From Octopus bimaculoides (lineage: Eukaryota): a stretch of DNA of 64,000 bases. A program made the translations under genes and the position numbers. This document shows positions 1 through 13,240 of the stretch, one piece after another; the stretch's first letter is position 1, and each line of letters begins with the position of its first letter. The notes below the pieces were generated by a model. The model was not told the origin of the DNA, did no database searches, and saw nothing but the letters and a program-made list of their open reading frames with translations. The stretch is from contig NC_068985.1 of assembly GCF_001194135.2 (NCBI RefSeq), positions 103,366,070 to 103,430,069 of the forward strand. The letters run 5' to 3'.

Positions 1-574
1 ACAGTGGGTGGTTGTTTGGGCAACACTCATATCTAAAGTGTTAATTGTTGTGTCAAGATAGTGTCATGATAAACATTTAAAAAAATGTATGCAGTTATAT
101 TCAATTTTGCTTCATTGTTATATTCAGTTTTGTGTCATTGTAAATATAACTGCATATATGTGATTTAAATAGCTATCATGACTTTACTATGATTATCCAG
201 TTTTGCCCATTATTTATCAACAGCCAAAAATAAATAAATGCCAGTAAATAAGTAAGTGCCACCCTTGTGGATGGTACCACTCTCGTTAAGAACCTTTGCT
301 TACAGTGATGTTTTTACCAATGGCAGTAACTATATTTAGATCTTGGGGAATTCAGTTATCAAGAGTTATGTACTTTGTTTGTTGATGCATGCAACACCAG
401 TGACAGGTTCGAAAGCATTATATTCTCAGATAGTCTTGTACAGAATTGATTCAGCCACATACATATTCATATATGCATATATATTACATATATACTTATA
501 CACATATCTTTGTTACATATATATTTGTATATAATACACACATTATATAAATATAAATATTTTTATATATATAT

Positions 575-702
575 TGGCTTCTATCAGTTTCCATCTCCCA
601 AATCTACTCACGAGGCTTTGGTTACCCTGGTGCTATAGTAGAAGACATTCATCCAAGGTGCTGCATTGTTAGGAAGCAAGCTTCTGAAGCACACAGCCAT
701 CC
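575..702 (-). mobile_element. SINE family B fragment (tRNA-like head); related fragments at ~17011-17090 (+) and ~46862-46945 (+)
   Basis: Reverse complement GGCTGTGTG..AAGCTTGCTTCC...CACCTTGGATGAATGTCTTCTACTATAGC, shared with TGTGTGGTAAGTAGCTTGCTTACCAACCACATGG at 17025. Confidence 0.65.
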
Positions 703-3700
703 TGTGCCTTGAAATATTATATATATATATGTGTGTGTGTATANNNNNNNNNNNNNNNNNNNNNNNNNNNNNNNNNNNNNNNNNNNNNNNNNNNNNNNNN
801 NNNNNNNNNNNNNNNNNNNNNNNNNNNNNNNNNNNNNNNNNNNNNNNNNNNNNNNNNNNNNNNNNNNNNNNNNNNNNNNNNNNNNNNNNNNNNNNNNNNN
901 NNNNNNNNNNNNNNNNNNNNNNNNNNNNNNNNNNNNNNNNNNNNNNNNNNNNNNNNNNNNNNNNNNNNNNNNNNNNNNNNNNNNNNNNNNNNNNNNNNNN
1001 NNNNNNNNNNNNNNNNNATATATATATATATAATCAATTACTTTAAAAGCAGGTATGGTTTGGTGCCAGGCAGAGCTTTCAGCTGTAAAATTGTGCCTTA
1101 GGCTACTCACCCTCTTAACTCATGGCAGCATGGAAAACAGGCATTAAATGAATGTGCTAATATACGAGCATTGTTTGATGGGGAAACTTAGGGTGGGACC
1201 AGAGTAATGTTTTCATAATATGACTTGGAGAAAATATTATAGTTTCAGATTATGAATTAAATCCACTAAACATGACCAGTTGAGCAACTTTAGGCTTAAA
1301 TAAAGAAAATCCATTCTTACTCTACTCCATCACTTCCTGTAATTCAGTGTAGCAACATGTTGACTAGCTAATATCAAAGATTCCTATGTGGAGCATTAAA
1401 ATTCTTTCCTCATGGGGTACACATTCCTTTTTGTGAACTTTTTGAACTAATTATGACTGACACAAATCCATCTGTGCACTAAACTGTAAAACATTAGCAG
1501 TTCTAAGGTACATTCTTCCAATTTCATAATGTTCTTTTTATCTATGTTTCAACACATTTTCTCCACTTTTCTTTTACTGCAATTTTTTCCTCAAACCTCT
1601 TGAAATTAAAACTGCTAATCAGAATTATTACAAGTGTGTGATTACGAAATTAAGCTGGTCAGTTAGTCACACATCCAACCCTAGAGGTTCCTTTAGCAGG
1701 GCCATACTTCTTTTTTCAGCCATGTGAATGACAGCTTTTATACATTTTCATTTAAGGTTGAGTGCTTAGTAATAGAGCAGGCTTAGAAATGAAAAAGTAA
1801 TTTACTCCAACACTATATAAATGCCTAGATTTTGAAATACCAAAATTGATTAGGGTTGGATCCAAAACAGTAAAAGTAATAGAAAATAACAGCATACTGC
1901 ACTTCATATTTTAATGCAATACATGCAGTGCAGCAAGCTTTGGTGATCTATGTATCACTAGGGTTGTGAAAAGGATTGTTAGAATGTTGCAATGATTTTA
2001 AAAGAAAACTAGAAAAAAAATTAATTGATAAAAAATTTTTTAAATGATAAAATATATAAGCAAAAAAAAAAAACTAAGCTATGAATAAAGCAATTAAAAT
2101 AATGAACTGTTTGTCTATTAAATGTTTGTAATCTTCCTTTCTTTCTTCTTTTCTTTACTGTTCTTATTGTTCATGTTGCTGATGTTGTTATTGTTGTTGG
2201 TGTTACTGTTGTTGTTGTTATTTAAGCATTGTTAAAAGTAATATTAATGCATATAATGGAGGTTTTGATTAACATCGAATCACCTTCTATGTTTTTGATA
2301 CATGTTTGGTATCTTCACATGCAAAAAAAAAAAAAAATGCATTTGATGTCAACATTTTAATTTTAAATAATGTTTTGGCTCATATTTTTGCTCATATTTT
2401 TCATCCATCCATCTTTATTTTTTATTTTACTTTTCTTTATTTTTTATCTCCCTTCATTAAAGAATATTGTTTTACCTATCCATTATTCAAGTTTTTGTTA
2501 CATTTTTTTTTTTAGCATGGTGCTAGAAATGAAAGAAAAGATATAACAAAATAAGGCATGTAGAAATGAACAAAGTTACCTGCAGATTTAGCATTTGATT
2601 ATCTTGCTATACTAATGGGGGTGATACAAAGTTAGAAAGTTTATGTCCAGAAGACATTATGTTACTTATATATATATATATGTAATTCTGAAATTTTCCC
2701 AAAATAAATTACACAGTTATATTATCCATACTTGTGGTTAAAAAATATCCAAATACTACATGGTGGAATGTAGAATTTCATAAACCAGTTTTTAGTTATT
2801 TAAAATTCTAAATAAGGCAATCTGAGTATATTACATTTAATTTGCTATTTGGCCTGTTTTTATATATAAACAGGTTTTAGTGGCAGTTGCATTGTTCTGG
2901 TTTATTGTAGGAATTTTATAAAGTGGAAACTGGGAGAAGCTTAAAATATGGATGCATGTTGATACCAATGTTAGTTACTGTTAGTTAACAAGATTCACTG
3001 AGAAAAATAGCTTAAAAGTTTATATTTATTTTGTGATCTGTTACTTGGCTATTTCTTCAATCCTTTTGAAATACAATCCTAAATCAACTTATAAACTATA
3101 GAATAACTCATTAACTAATTCCTATGAGACATTTTACAATTGCTTATAAACTGGAATAACTACATTTAATTCTTTCAAAAGTATATTTTAGCTTGGAGTA
3201 AATAGATGTGTGTGTGTGTGGAGAGAGAGAGAGAGAGAGAGATAGGGTGGAATTTAGAAGGTTTATACTCCTATTACTCACAGTTATTTTGTTTTCAACT
3301 CAGTCTTCACTGTGAGATATTGAACTTTCCAGTCACTGCAATACAATTTTACACCATGAACTTATAATATTCCTCTCTTTTTTAGAAGTAATATACTGCA
3401 TTAAACTCAAGTTAAATTCCTTCCTCGTTTTAAGAAAAATCTTTGTAATTTTAATTTCCAAGGAGCCACTTGATTTTGTGCCACACTGGAGGGACTTTCC
3501 ATTACATCTTCCTTCAGGCTCATGAAAATATTTTTGTGCTCATTATTATAAGTTAATAAATGCCCTTTAAGTTACACAGTTTCATTAATGCCTACACCAG
3601 TGAATTTTACTGCTAAGTAGTATATATTTACTTATAGTGCAGTGCTCTTTAATTCATACAAACATGTTAGCCCTTTAGTTATTAACCTTTTAGGTTATTA

Positions 3701-6700
3701 TTTTCTCAAGCTTATTTTGTTCATGTAATATATATATACAAGACTTAATTTCCTCACTCAATACTTCACCAATATACTGCCTATCCAGCTCAAAATTAAT
3801 ACTACTTCTATCTGTATATGATGCTGAAGAATTTGTAATGGCCTGTATGATTCTCAGCAAGTGGATTTAGTCCACACGATTTCTATTATTTAACATATAT
3901 TATTGCATAACATATATAATTAGGTAGCAGTTACTCTACTGAAAGATACTAAATATATATTATGGGAAGGTTTACCTTTTACAAATGAAGTCAGTATATC
4001 TGAATGCCCCTTCCCTCCATGAGTAAGAATTCTGAATATGTTAGTGGATAAATGAATCAACTGTTATTTTGTAGTATTCTAGCTGTCAATTCCTAATAGC
4101 TATACATTGATTTATTCTCATATAGAAATATTGTAAATAATATTTAAATACAGAGTTTTACTGCTTTCAAAATCTGCTAGAGACAGGGAACTGTTCAGCT
4201 TTACCACCCATTTTATATGACTTTGATGAATGTTATCAAAATTAAGACCAAAACTGAAAGCTTCATTTGGATTGCAAGGACTTACAATTTTTAATGCTAA
4301 AATTTCTAATTTCAGTGTTAGTATTTAAGTTTTAAGGTTTTCTAGATTCCAGGAATTCATGTAGAGGTTATGATGAAGAAACTTACAATAGAATTAGAAT
4401 TGTATTAAAATTACAAAACTAAATAGAACCTCATAGTAGCACTTGAGAGTAGCATAATTTTAAGACATAAGTAGTCTATCTTCAAGGGATTTCTTTGCTT
4501 TGACAATGTAATTTTTTTCTCTTACTTAAATTCTACTCAAGAAACTCAGTTATTCCACCTAATCAGTTTTGGTATAGCTACTGGTCTCATATTAAGGTGT
4601 AAAATAAATTTATAATAATTTATTTTTGATTTAATTTAAGAAAAAACTTTTTTTCATTGTCCTATTACTGTATTTTACAAGGAAGTGTTGTTCTGTTATA
4701 GGTGTCCCAGTGTGTGTATATGTATATGCATGTATGTGTATGTATATGCATATTTATGTATATTTGTTTCAGAGATTATTCTCTGGTGACTTTTGAGTGA
4801 TTGTATCCTATCAAAACTTTATCAACACTTCACATCTAGTATTACATATATAAGCACATATTTTCACAGTTATCTAAAGAAAGCTAACACACTCATATAT
4901 ACACACAAATGCACATACAAAAATACAAACAAACTTGATCTATAATTAGTGAGAAACTTAACTTCAATGATTATTATTTTGATATCCTTGCTAATATCCT
5001 AATTAATAATCAAATAATCAAGAGGTAATTTCAAAGATTAGAATTGATCTGGATTGTTACTATTTCAGTTCATTTACTCTTTAAAGTTGTTACCATTGAA
5101 TTGAAAAGGTTTTTTATTCTTTAGGGAATGAGTCTAGATGAAGAGGTTGTATCTATGGCTTTCACAGGCCTCTGAAACTGGTGAAGTTGATGTTTGTGAG
5201 TAATACCAAGTCACATACTGTGAGGAAGAATATGGGGAGGTGCTGGATTCCAGAATGTTGATATTCTGAAAAGAATGAATTGAATGTTATCGTGTGAGAG
5301 CCAAGAGTAGACACAGTATTGGGAACAAAACGAGCTAATCTTAGTGGAGGTAGCATGAGAACCACCTGCTCCAAGATTTAAGGTTCACTATGGTAGTAGT
5401 AGAAAAGGCATAGTGAGAAAAGAAACAGATGATCTGGATGGCCTTTTTCTGGATGTTGTCTAGGATATCTGTGTTTGCTGCAGCAGCAACAGCATCCCTG
5501 ATGCAGGAAAAGTATTTCATTGTGAGCTTCTCTTGAGTTGTGTAAAGAGTTTGCTACTATTTGGACCCTGAGTAAGACGAATGGCAGAGTGAAAGAGTAC
5601 ATGGTAAGATTCCCTGTGGTGTTATGACTTTCTATGCTTTGATTTCAAATCTTGCCAAACTCAACTTCACTTTTTATCCTTTTGGGGTTGTTAAAATAAG
5701 CACCAGTCATGCTGAGTGTTGGTTACATTAACTTCACCTCTAACCCAAAATGTGTGGCCTTGTGTTGCAGTTACGAATCATTTTGTGACTTCAACATATT
5801 CACAACACAACAAAGCAAATCATCGATTGTTTGCCATGTCCTCATTCCAACATAGTTCATGCTTGTATGACATTTTCAGTGATATCCATACTTAATTGTA
5901 TCATTAAGAAACATGTCTTCATTTAGAGTATTGAAGAAAAAGCATTCTTGTAGAATCCATTCCTCTCACAGCAAGTTAATAAAACCATCAGTTACAAACT
6001 GCTCCTGCTTCTCACATCAGTTACATGCATTTCAATTTAATATTTTCAGCTAAATGGACTGGATTATTAAGAACGAGTAACAGAATATGAACTGTTAATT
6101 ATTTGGGTGGTTGATTGACATCTAATTAATGCTGCAAGCTGTGACTCTATCATTTTTGTCATTCTTTGGTTTTAACATCACATCATGTGTTGAAATGTAT
6201 AGTAATTCATAATTTGACTGTCTATGTGTACATACAAACTCACATTCTCTCTCTCTCTTTCTCACATACACACACAAACACACATTCTCTCTCTTTCTCA
6301 CATACACACACAAACACACATTCTCTCTCTTTCTCCCTCTCTCTCTCTCANNNNNNNNNNACACACACACATACACACACATGGGAGGGATAATACAGAA
6401 CTCACTACTGCGAACAGAATTTTGAATCTTTTGTTTGTGGGCAGAAAAGAAAGATTCAACTTTCCTCAGATTATTCAAAATAAGAACATTATTTCAAATA
6501 TCTGTGTAAAATTAAATAAAATTATTTGAATGATGATGATGATGATGATGATAATAATAAAATAATGAGAATTTTGATGATGATGATGATGATGATAATC
6601 ATAATAATAAAAATAATATTAATAATGGATATGGTATATAAAATAATAATTACTTTAGTCACAAGATGATCCTTTCTTAGAGATGTGAGTATAGTTGCTT

Positions 6701-6894
6701 GAATGAATATTAGTATATTATTAATACTTATTGATTTCCAGAGGAAGGATAGCTAAAGTCAAAGATTCTTTTGAGATATAAATCTTGAATAAAATGCAGT
6801 AAGATATTTAATTCAGCACTTTATTCTTTCTACCAAAATATCACTCTCAATTAGTTTAATAATAGCAATAATGATTATAATAATGATATATTGA

Positions 6895-7017
6895 TTTCAA
6901 ATTTTGGCACTGGGCCAGCAGTTTTTAAGAGGATGGAGAAGTCAATTTTGACTGGCACTTATTTTATTGACACCAGTATGGAAAGCAAAGTTGACCTTGG
7001 TGGAATTTGAACTCGGC

Positions 7018-7076
<59 letters not shown>

Positions 7077-7288
7077 CCCTTCTACTATAGGCACAAGGCC
7101 TGAAATTTTGGGGGAAGGAATAGTCAATTACATCGACCCCAGTACTCAACTGGCACTTATTTTATTGACCCTGAAAGGATGAAAAGCAAAGTCGATCTGA
7201 GCGGAATTTGAACTCAGAACATAAAGACAGACAAAATGCCATGAAGAATTTCGCTCGGCATGCTAACAATTCTGCCAGCATGCCACCA
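6895..7288 (-). mobile_element. Two copies of SINE family A (partial 6895-7018; near full length 7077-7288) separated by (ATA)n
   Basis: Shares GAGTTCAAATTCC (B-box-like), AAGTCGAC/GGTCAAC-TTTGCCTTTCATCC and ...GGCCTTGTGCCTA segments with many other copies in the window. Confidence 0.8.
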
Positions 7289-7329
7289 TAATAATAATAA
7301 TAGTATGCAATAGCAAGTAGTGGCTCTCA

Positions 7330-7845
7330 TCGCTTCTTATCTTAACTGTTTGGAAGTGTTAACATGTACATGTTTTGTCTTGATATAAAAGATGCATTAC
7401 AGCAAATATTCTGCTCAATATTGCAGGTTTGCTTGTCAATTGTTTGACATTAACCAGTTGAGCATGTCCCCTAATGGTTGATGATATATGCATCTCTGAT
7501 CATGAGTAGGAGTAGTGGGGGAGCATCATAGACATGTGTTGAGACAGATTCTTTAGGGTTTGAATAATTCACCCTTGGAAACACGGGTGTTTTGTTCATC
7601 ATCTTTAATCCTTATTCAAGGACCTTTTGAGAAGAATGGGCTATTCAACCTGAAGAAAATTGTATGTGGACTCCACCTGCAAGGCCATGCACTGTTTATC
7701 TTGATATGAAGTCATCATGTCACACTTATGTTTGAGATGCATGTGTCCTTATCAGATGGGTAGTCATGATGGATATATTGGACTTTATATATTTGTACCC
7801 CAGCATCACTTTGATGGTGTGTGCTGCTCTCTCACTCGATGGTAA
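7330..7845. repeat. Unclassified interspersed repeat fragment inside the SINE cluster
   Basis: Higher-complexity, GC-richer block bounded by (AAT)n/(TAG)n tracts; family not identifiable here. Confidence 0.35.
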
Positions 7846-8042
7846 TAATAATAATAATGGTTTTATTATTATCAACATAGGCACAGAGCACAAATGTGAG
7901 AAAATATAATCAAACCCAGTGCTTCACTGCAGGAAATATTAATTACAAAGTCAACCCTTGTAGGATATAAGCCCAAAGTTTTGCCCACTAAAATATATTA
8001 TGGCATTTTTGATTTGTTCTCAACCACTTTCTAACAGCACCT

Positions 8043-8090
<48 letters not shown>

Positions 8091-8284
8091 AGCAATAATA
8101 AAAGTTTATAAAATAAGGATAAGGTTAGCAACAAATTTGAAAGACATGCCATTCCCTAGATTACATATATTGTTTGCAGCAATGATGTGAACTCACAACT
8201 CAAATGTCCGTAGTATTGTTAATAACTTACTTAGCCATTGTATTGTTTGATATAAACAAAATAAATGATAACAATGAAAAAAAT

Positions 8285-8535
8285 TAAAATGCGCCCTTTT
8301 AAAGCCTAGCCAGGCTCATGGGCCTGGTTTCCCGGTTTCAATGGTGTATGTGTTCCCCTGCTGGACGGGACGCCAGTCCATCGCAGTGTTACTCATTTTT
8401 GCCAGCTGAGTGGACTGGAGCAACATGAAACGAAATGTTTTGCTCAAGAACACAATGCGTCGCCCGGTCCAGGAATCGAAACTACAATCTTACGATCATG
8501 ATGCTGACACCCTAACCACTAAGCCACACGCCTCC
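8285..8535 (-). mobile_element. tRNA-derived SINE (family C), well-preserved copy
   Basis: Minus strand starts CGTGTGGCTTAGTGGTTAGGG (A box) ... GTTTCGATTCC (B box), followed by a TTGAGCAAAAC...CCAGTCCACTCAGCTG central domain; CpGs retained. Confidence 0.8.
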
Positions 8536-8551
8536 ACAAATGATAACAATA

Positions 8552-9240
8552 ATGGTTTCAAATTTTGGTAGAGGGCCAGCAGTTTTTGAGGGGTGGGAGA
8601 AGTTAATTACATTGATTCTAGTATTTAACTATTACTTATTTTCTTGATACCAAAAAGATGAAAGCTAAAGTTGATGTCAGTAGAATTTGAGCCCTGAATG
8701 AAAAGACACATTGCTACTAAGCATTTTGTCCAGCTTGCCAACAGTTCTGCCAGCTTGCCATCCTTAAATGGCCGGTGATTTGGGGGAAGTTGTCAGTTAA
8801 TTACCTCAACCCCAGTAGTTGAGTGGTACTTCATTTTATTGACCTTGAATGGATGAATGGCAAAACTTACCCTGGTATTTGAACTCAGTAATATAAAGAG
8901 CTGGAAGAAATACCATAAGTCATTTTGTCCAGCACCCTAATTATTCTGCCAGTCCACCACCCTGAGTAGTAGTAGTAGTAATAGTAGTAGTAGTAGTAGT
9001 AGTAGTGGTAGTTGTAGTAGTAGTAGTAGTAGTAGTAGTAATGCTTTCTTCTGATTTAGGTACAAGCTACATATTTTTGAGAAGGGAGTCTATAATCAAA
9101 TTATGGTATAGTATTGGCTGGTAGTTATTTTATCAGTTCTCAAAATATATAAGGCAAAGTTGATCTTGGCAAGATTCCAGCTCAGAACATAAAGGGACAT
9201 AACCAGATATACACTAGGCCTTTTGTCTAATGCTTGATCA
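8552..9240 (-). mobile_element. Three tandem decayed SINE family A copies with (TAG)n spacers
   Basis: Repeated AAAGTTGA...GAATTTGA(A/G)C and CTGCCAG motifs at ~8552-8765, ~8770-8965 and ~9045-9240. Confidence 0.7.
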
Positions 9241-9629
9241 TTTTTCCTATGTACCATCTTCGTCTTCATAAAAATAACGGTTTCTTTATCGTAGGTTCAA
9301 AAGGAAAAGTGTACAATCAGCTGAATTTGCTGTAACATGTTTCTGTTACTGACCATATGAATCAGACAAAACAAAGTAAAATTATTTCTGGGAAGGTTTC
9401 AATTTAGAATATAGAGCAATAAGACTAAACACTGGTTCTCAAATTCACCCTTTTAGAATAGCAGTGCAGTAGGGTGAATCATCTTTAACATCTCTCTAGT
9501 ATTTATTGCATTGACATTGAAGACATGAAAACAAAGGTGATCCTAATACAATTTAATCTCATATTAATGAAGTAGTAAATTTCATACAGTCTAATGTTTA
9601 AATGTCTCACCATTTCAATAATAATAATA

Positions 9630-9638
9630 ACAATAATG

Positions 9639-9690
<52 letters not shown>

Positions 9691-9700
9691 TAATAATAAT
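9630..9700 (+). repeat. (AAT)n trinucleotide tract; similar (AAT/ATT)n at 7019-7076, 49070-49120, 49800-49840 and 63868-63925, and (TAG)n at 8042-8090 and 8965-9040
   Basis: Directly visible. Confidence 0.9.
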
Positions 9701-10831
9701 CACTTATAAATTTTAACTCTTCAGTGATTTTGAGTTGTATTTACTATCATTTCATTAACTACACCTTTTCCATATTTATGAATTTTCATTTTTTTTTTCT
9801 GCCACTATTATGGAAAATATTTTATTTGATTTCATTTTTCATGTTTAGTTACAAGTTTAAAATGCTAGACTATTCACCATTTGGTCATAAATTAAAACTT
9901 TGCTACAACCATTGTGTTGACCGTTCTAATGAAGTCATTATTTTCTCTCAGTTTACCTGGTTATAAATCTGTTTCATGGTTAAATGTAAGAAATGCATTC
10001 AGATGTACGAAAATGTTTCAGCAATATGTAAATATCTGAATTTGCAAAACTTCTCTTCGTCATACTAGAAGTGAAAAAGTAAAGTTGGGTATAAAACATC
10101 AAAATGAGAAGAAAAATTTCAAACTTTTTACCAGACTATCTACCTCTATTTCTAGTATGGATATAGTATTTTCTTTTCTTGCAAATATGGGGGTTTGCAT
10201 ATTGGTGGAACAATTATTTTTACAGCTGAAAGACTTTTCTACTCCCCAATCAAACAGAAGTAGGATTGAATCTTATTTGTTCATCTGTCCACAAAGCAAA
10301 ATTGTGTGCCTTGCTCAGGAGAACATCACTATAGTTGTATTGGTAAGATTTGAACTCAGAACCAGTCCAGCACATTAAACTAAAGCATTAAAAAAACATT
10401 GTGATTTTTGTGGATATTTTTGTTTAACTCCAGCTTTTTTTTCCATCATTTATAAATAATTTTGTATTTATCCCTATTTATTTTTAGTTTTGCCTGCCAT
10501 GCCATTTTGTTTCATCATTTTAGTTATTTCCTTGGCTTCATTTTTTTTTTCAATACTTTCCCATCTGCTTCTTTACTGAAAAAAAAGAAGCAACAGCTTT
10601 GTAAATTGATAAATTTAATTTTCCCCCAAATTCATGTATGTTTGTATTTGTGTGATTTCTTGTTCATTATTTAACTCATAGTTATCTTTGTTTTATTATT
10701 TTTGTTTTGTCATCAGATGCATTTTCTATATATGTATGTGTATAAATATGTATGTATGTTTTCATATATGCATATTGATATATATTTGTTCATATGTATA
10801 TGTTTACATGTAAATGTTTATATATTTTTGT

Positions 10832-10876
<45 letters not shown>

Positions 10877-11189
10877 TCTGTGTATATCTTAATGTTATGA
10901 GTGTTTAGCATCTATTTTTGTGTGTATGTATATACATTATATATACATACACATACACACACATGCACACACACACGTGTGTGTGTGTGTGTGTGTATTC
11001 GTATATAATATGAATGAATAAATTTGCTTTGCTATAAAATGTCTCAACGATGTATGTAAACATATGTACATACATACATACACACATACATACATGTATG
11101 CTTGTGTTTGTTTGTATGTATGTGTGTATATATATAGTGTGTGTGTGTTTAAATGTGTTTATGCACATGTATATATACATGTGTGTGTG

Positions 11190-11239
<50 letters not shown>

Positions 11240-11367
11240 TATATATTTATATATATATATATATGGTGGGGTGAACGAAATAGATATATTTTCTTCAGTC
11301 TTAACTCATTGTCTCTAATTTGTCACTTTCTTTTTTTCCCCCCTCTATTACTCTCGTTTCTATAAAG

Positions 11368-11448
11368 GTTATCATAGTGATCTGCCGACCAGTTTACCAA
11401 CAAAACCTAATGGAGCAACATATATTCCACCAGTAGTAAGACCCATTG
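11368..11448 (+). CDS. Internal coding exon (81 nt, phase 1-1): linker preceding the FN3 domain, (x)YHSDLPTSLPTKPNGATYIPPVVRPIG
   Basis: Acceptor ctctcgtttctataaAG|GT; donor ATTG|GTAAGT; open frame; joins in frame to the 12956 exon giving ...RPIGPRPKAPLNVT. Confidence 0.8.
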
Positions 11449-12209
11449 GTAAGTAAGTTCTTTATGTATGAAATGCACTACTGTGCTTAACTGAGTGGTA
11501 AATTCTCCATTGTGGTACTTGAGTTCAATCCAAATTATGCAGAGTTTGTTTTACTAACCACTTGTAAATGATTGCACCTTTGGTATTCAAGAAAGAGAAT
11601 ATTATTATAAAAAAATCCATTACAGAGTTTATTTACATTGTGCACCCCTTAAGATCTCTAGAAGTATAGTATTGCAAGCTAGTAAAACACACATCAGTAC
11701 ATATGCTTCCTAAAGTTGTGGACTGAAATACTGATAGTTATGGGCATTAGGGTTATAATACTGTTGTCCAATTTGGCAGGTGCTTCTGTTCTTCCTCTCT
11801 TTGATCAAGTTCAAGAGTGAGTTTCTAATATTGTTGGTCCCTTTCTGTCAGTTAAACCCTTCTCTTATTACAGTGCATCTTTATCTCTCTTCTATAAACA
11901 CATCTATGTTCATTGTTCTGCTCAATTTTCACTTGTTCCTGCGTTTAAGATTAGTAATCAAGTGGCTTGTCTTCTAATTCTTCTATTTTTAAAGCTGTTA
12001 TCCTTTTTTGTAAAATGAGTTTTCACTCTTGTAGTTTATTTCTCCAAACATCTTCTTGTTTCCCTAATAGATATAATGTTAATTCTTTTAAGTTTTGTTT
12101 TGATCATTTTATTGTTCTTAAGGTAACATCTCTTTTTATTTTTTTAACTTTTCTTTTGTAACTTTCAGCAAAGTAGTTACTTAAGGTCTCTTTTATTGCT
12201 GGTTGCTTG

Positions 12210-12470
12210 TAGGAATTAGTTCATTGGATAAAACCCAGGACTTGACTGGTACTTTATTTTTATTGACCTTTGGTACTTTATCATAGCAGCCAGCATGGAA
12301 AGTGGACATTAAACGATGATGATGATGAAAGGCAAAGTTGACCTCAGCTGTATTTGAGTGACACTTCCAGTAAATATGAAATCATCAGCCAGATTTGATC
12401 TCAGAACTTAAAAGGGTCACAACTAAATACTACAAGAATTTTGGATTACCCTAATTATGTCAATCCAAAG
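12210..12470 (-). mobile_element. Decayed and interrupted SINE family A copy (or copies), with a family D end at ~12285-12325
   Basis: GGCAAAGTTGACCTCAG...GATTTGATCTCAGAAC, and GCATGGAAAGTGGACATTAAACGATGATGATG. Confidence 0.6.
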
Positions 12471-12883
12471 TTGTGGAGTCTTTTGTTAGCTTGCATTGTT
12501 GGACTGAAGTCCTTTCAATGACTACGTGAGTGAATATGAATGCCATGAGTAGTATTTTTCAATGCAGTGGTCAACTTCAAATTCCACTTTCACCTCCGTG
12601 AAAATGTATATGTCCATGCATTTTCAGAAGTAAGATAGCTGCCTAAATAAGTTATTATACTGTAGGAATTTCAAAACATTTTTCAGGCCCTCACTTATCT
12701 CTTTATATAACACAGAAAATGGAACTTGATGAGCAGATCTTTGAACCTTCCTTTGAAATATACTTGGGAAAATACCTCACTTTGTACTCTTCATCTCCAA
12801 GATACCAGATAATTTTGATTCAGTGGAATATCTGTTTGTGTGTATTTCAGATTTATGCAATTGTTAAATCAATTGATGAAATG

Positions 12884-12916
<33 letters not shown>

Positions 12917-12955
12917 AATTAATATAATGCCATTCATTTTTTTGTTTTCTTTTAG

Positions 12956-13240
12956 GTCCAAGACCAAAGGCTCCTTTGAATGTTACTATTAAGGTACACC
13001 GTGGGGCCGTCAATGTTACTTGGTTTGCCCCCCAGAACTCCAACGTTTCTATTTTCTACTACGTTGTTGAATACTGTAACGATACAGTGTGGCATCGAGT
13101 TGACGAGGTGGTTCTCACACCAAAATCCTGGTATTTGATGCGGGATTTAAAACCGGGAACCTACAAATTTAGAGTGTTTTCCTTCAGTCTCCTATCGTAC
13201 AGTCAACCACAAGAATCAGAAAAGGTTGTCGTACCTGAAG
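12956..13240 (+). CDS. Internal coding exon (285 nt, phase 1-1): one complete fibronectin type III domain
   Basis: Acceptor ttttgttttcttttAG|GTCC; donor GAAG|GTATGT. Translation GPRPKAPLNVT...VNVTWFAP...YYVVEY...W...DLKPGTYKFRVFSFS carries the FN3 hallmarks (P..V, W, Y, L.PG.Y.FRV). Matches ORF 12976..13338. Confidence 0.93.

Noticed and set aside
5125-5602. GC-richer block with ORFs 5162..5374 and 5378..5602 and a TTTAG|G acceptor-like site
   Set aside because: All three + strand frames hit stops quickly and no FN3/Ig signature is present; probably an old repeat that I cannot classify
1-11367. Search for the upstream FN3/Ig exons
   Set aside because: No stretch with FN3/Ig motifs and paired splice sites was found; they probably lie 5' of the window, and the 274-nt gap is flanked by TA repeats
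11449-11458. Overlapping second donor (GTAA|GTAAGT at 11453)
   Set aside because: Use would add 4 nt and break the frame; nothing suggests it is functional
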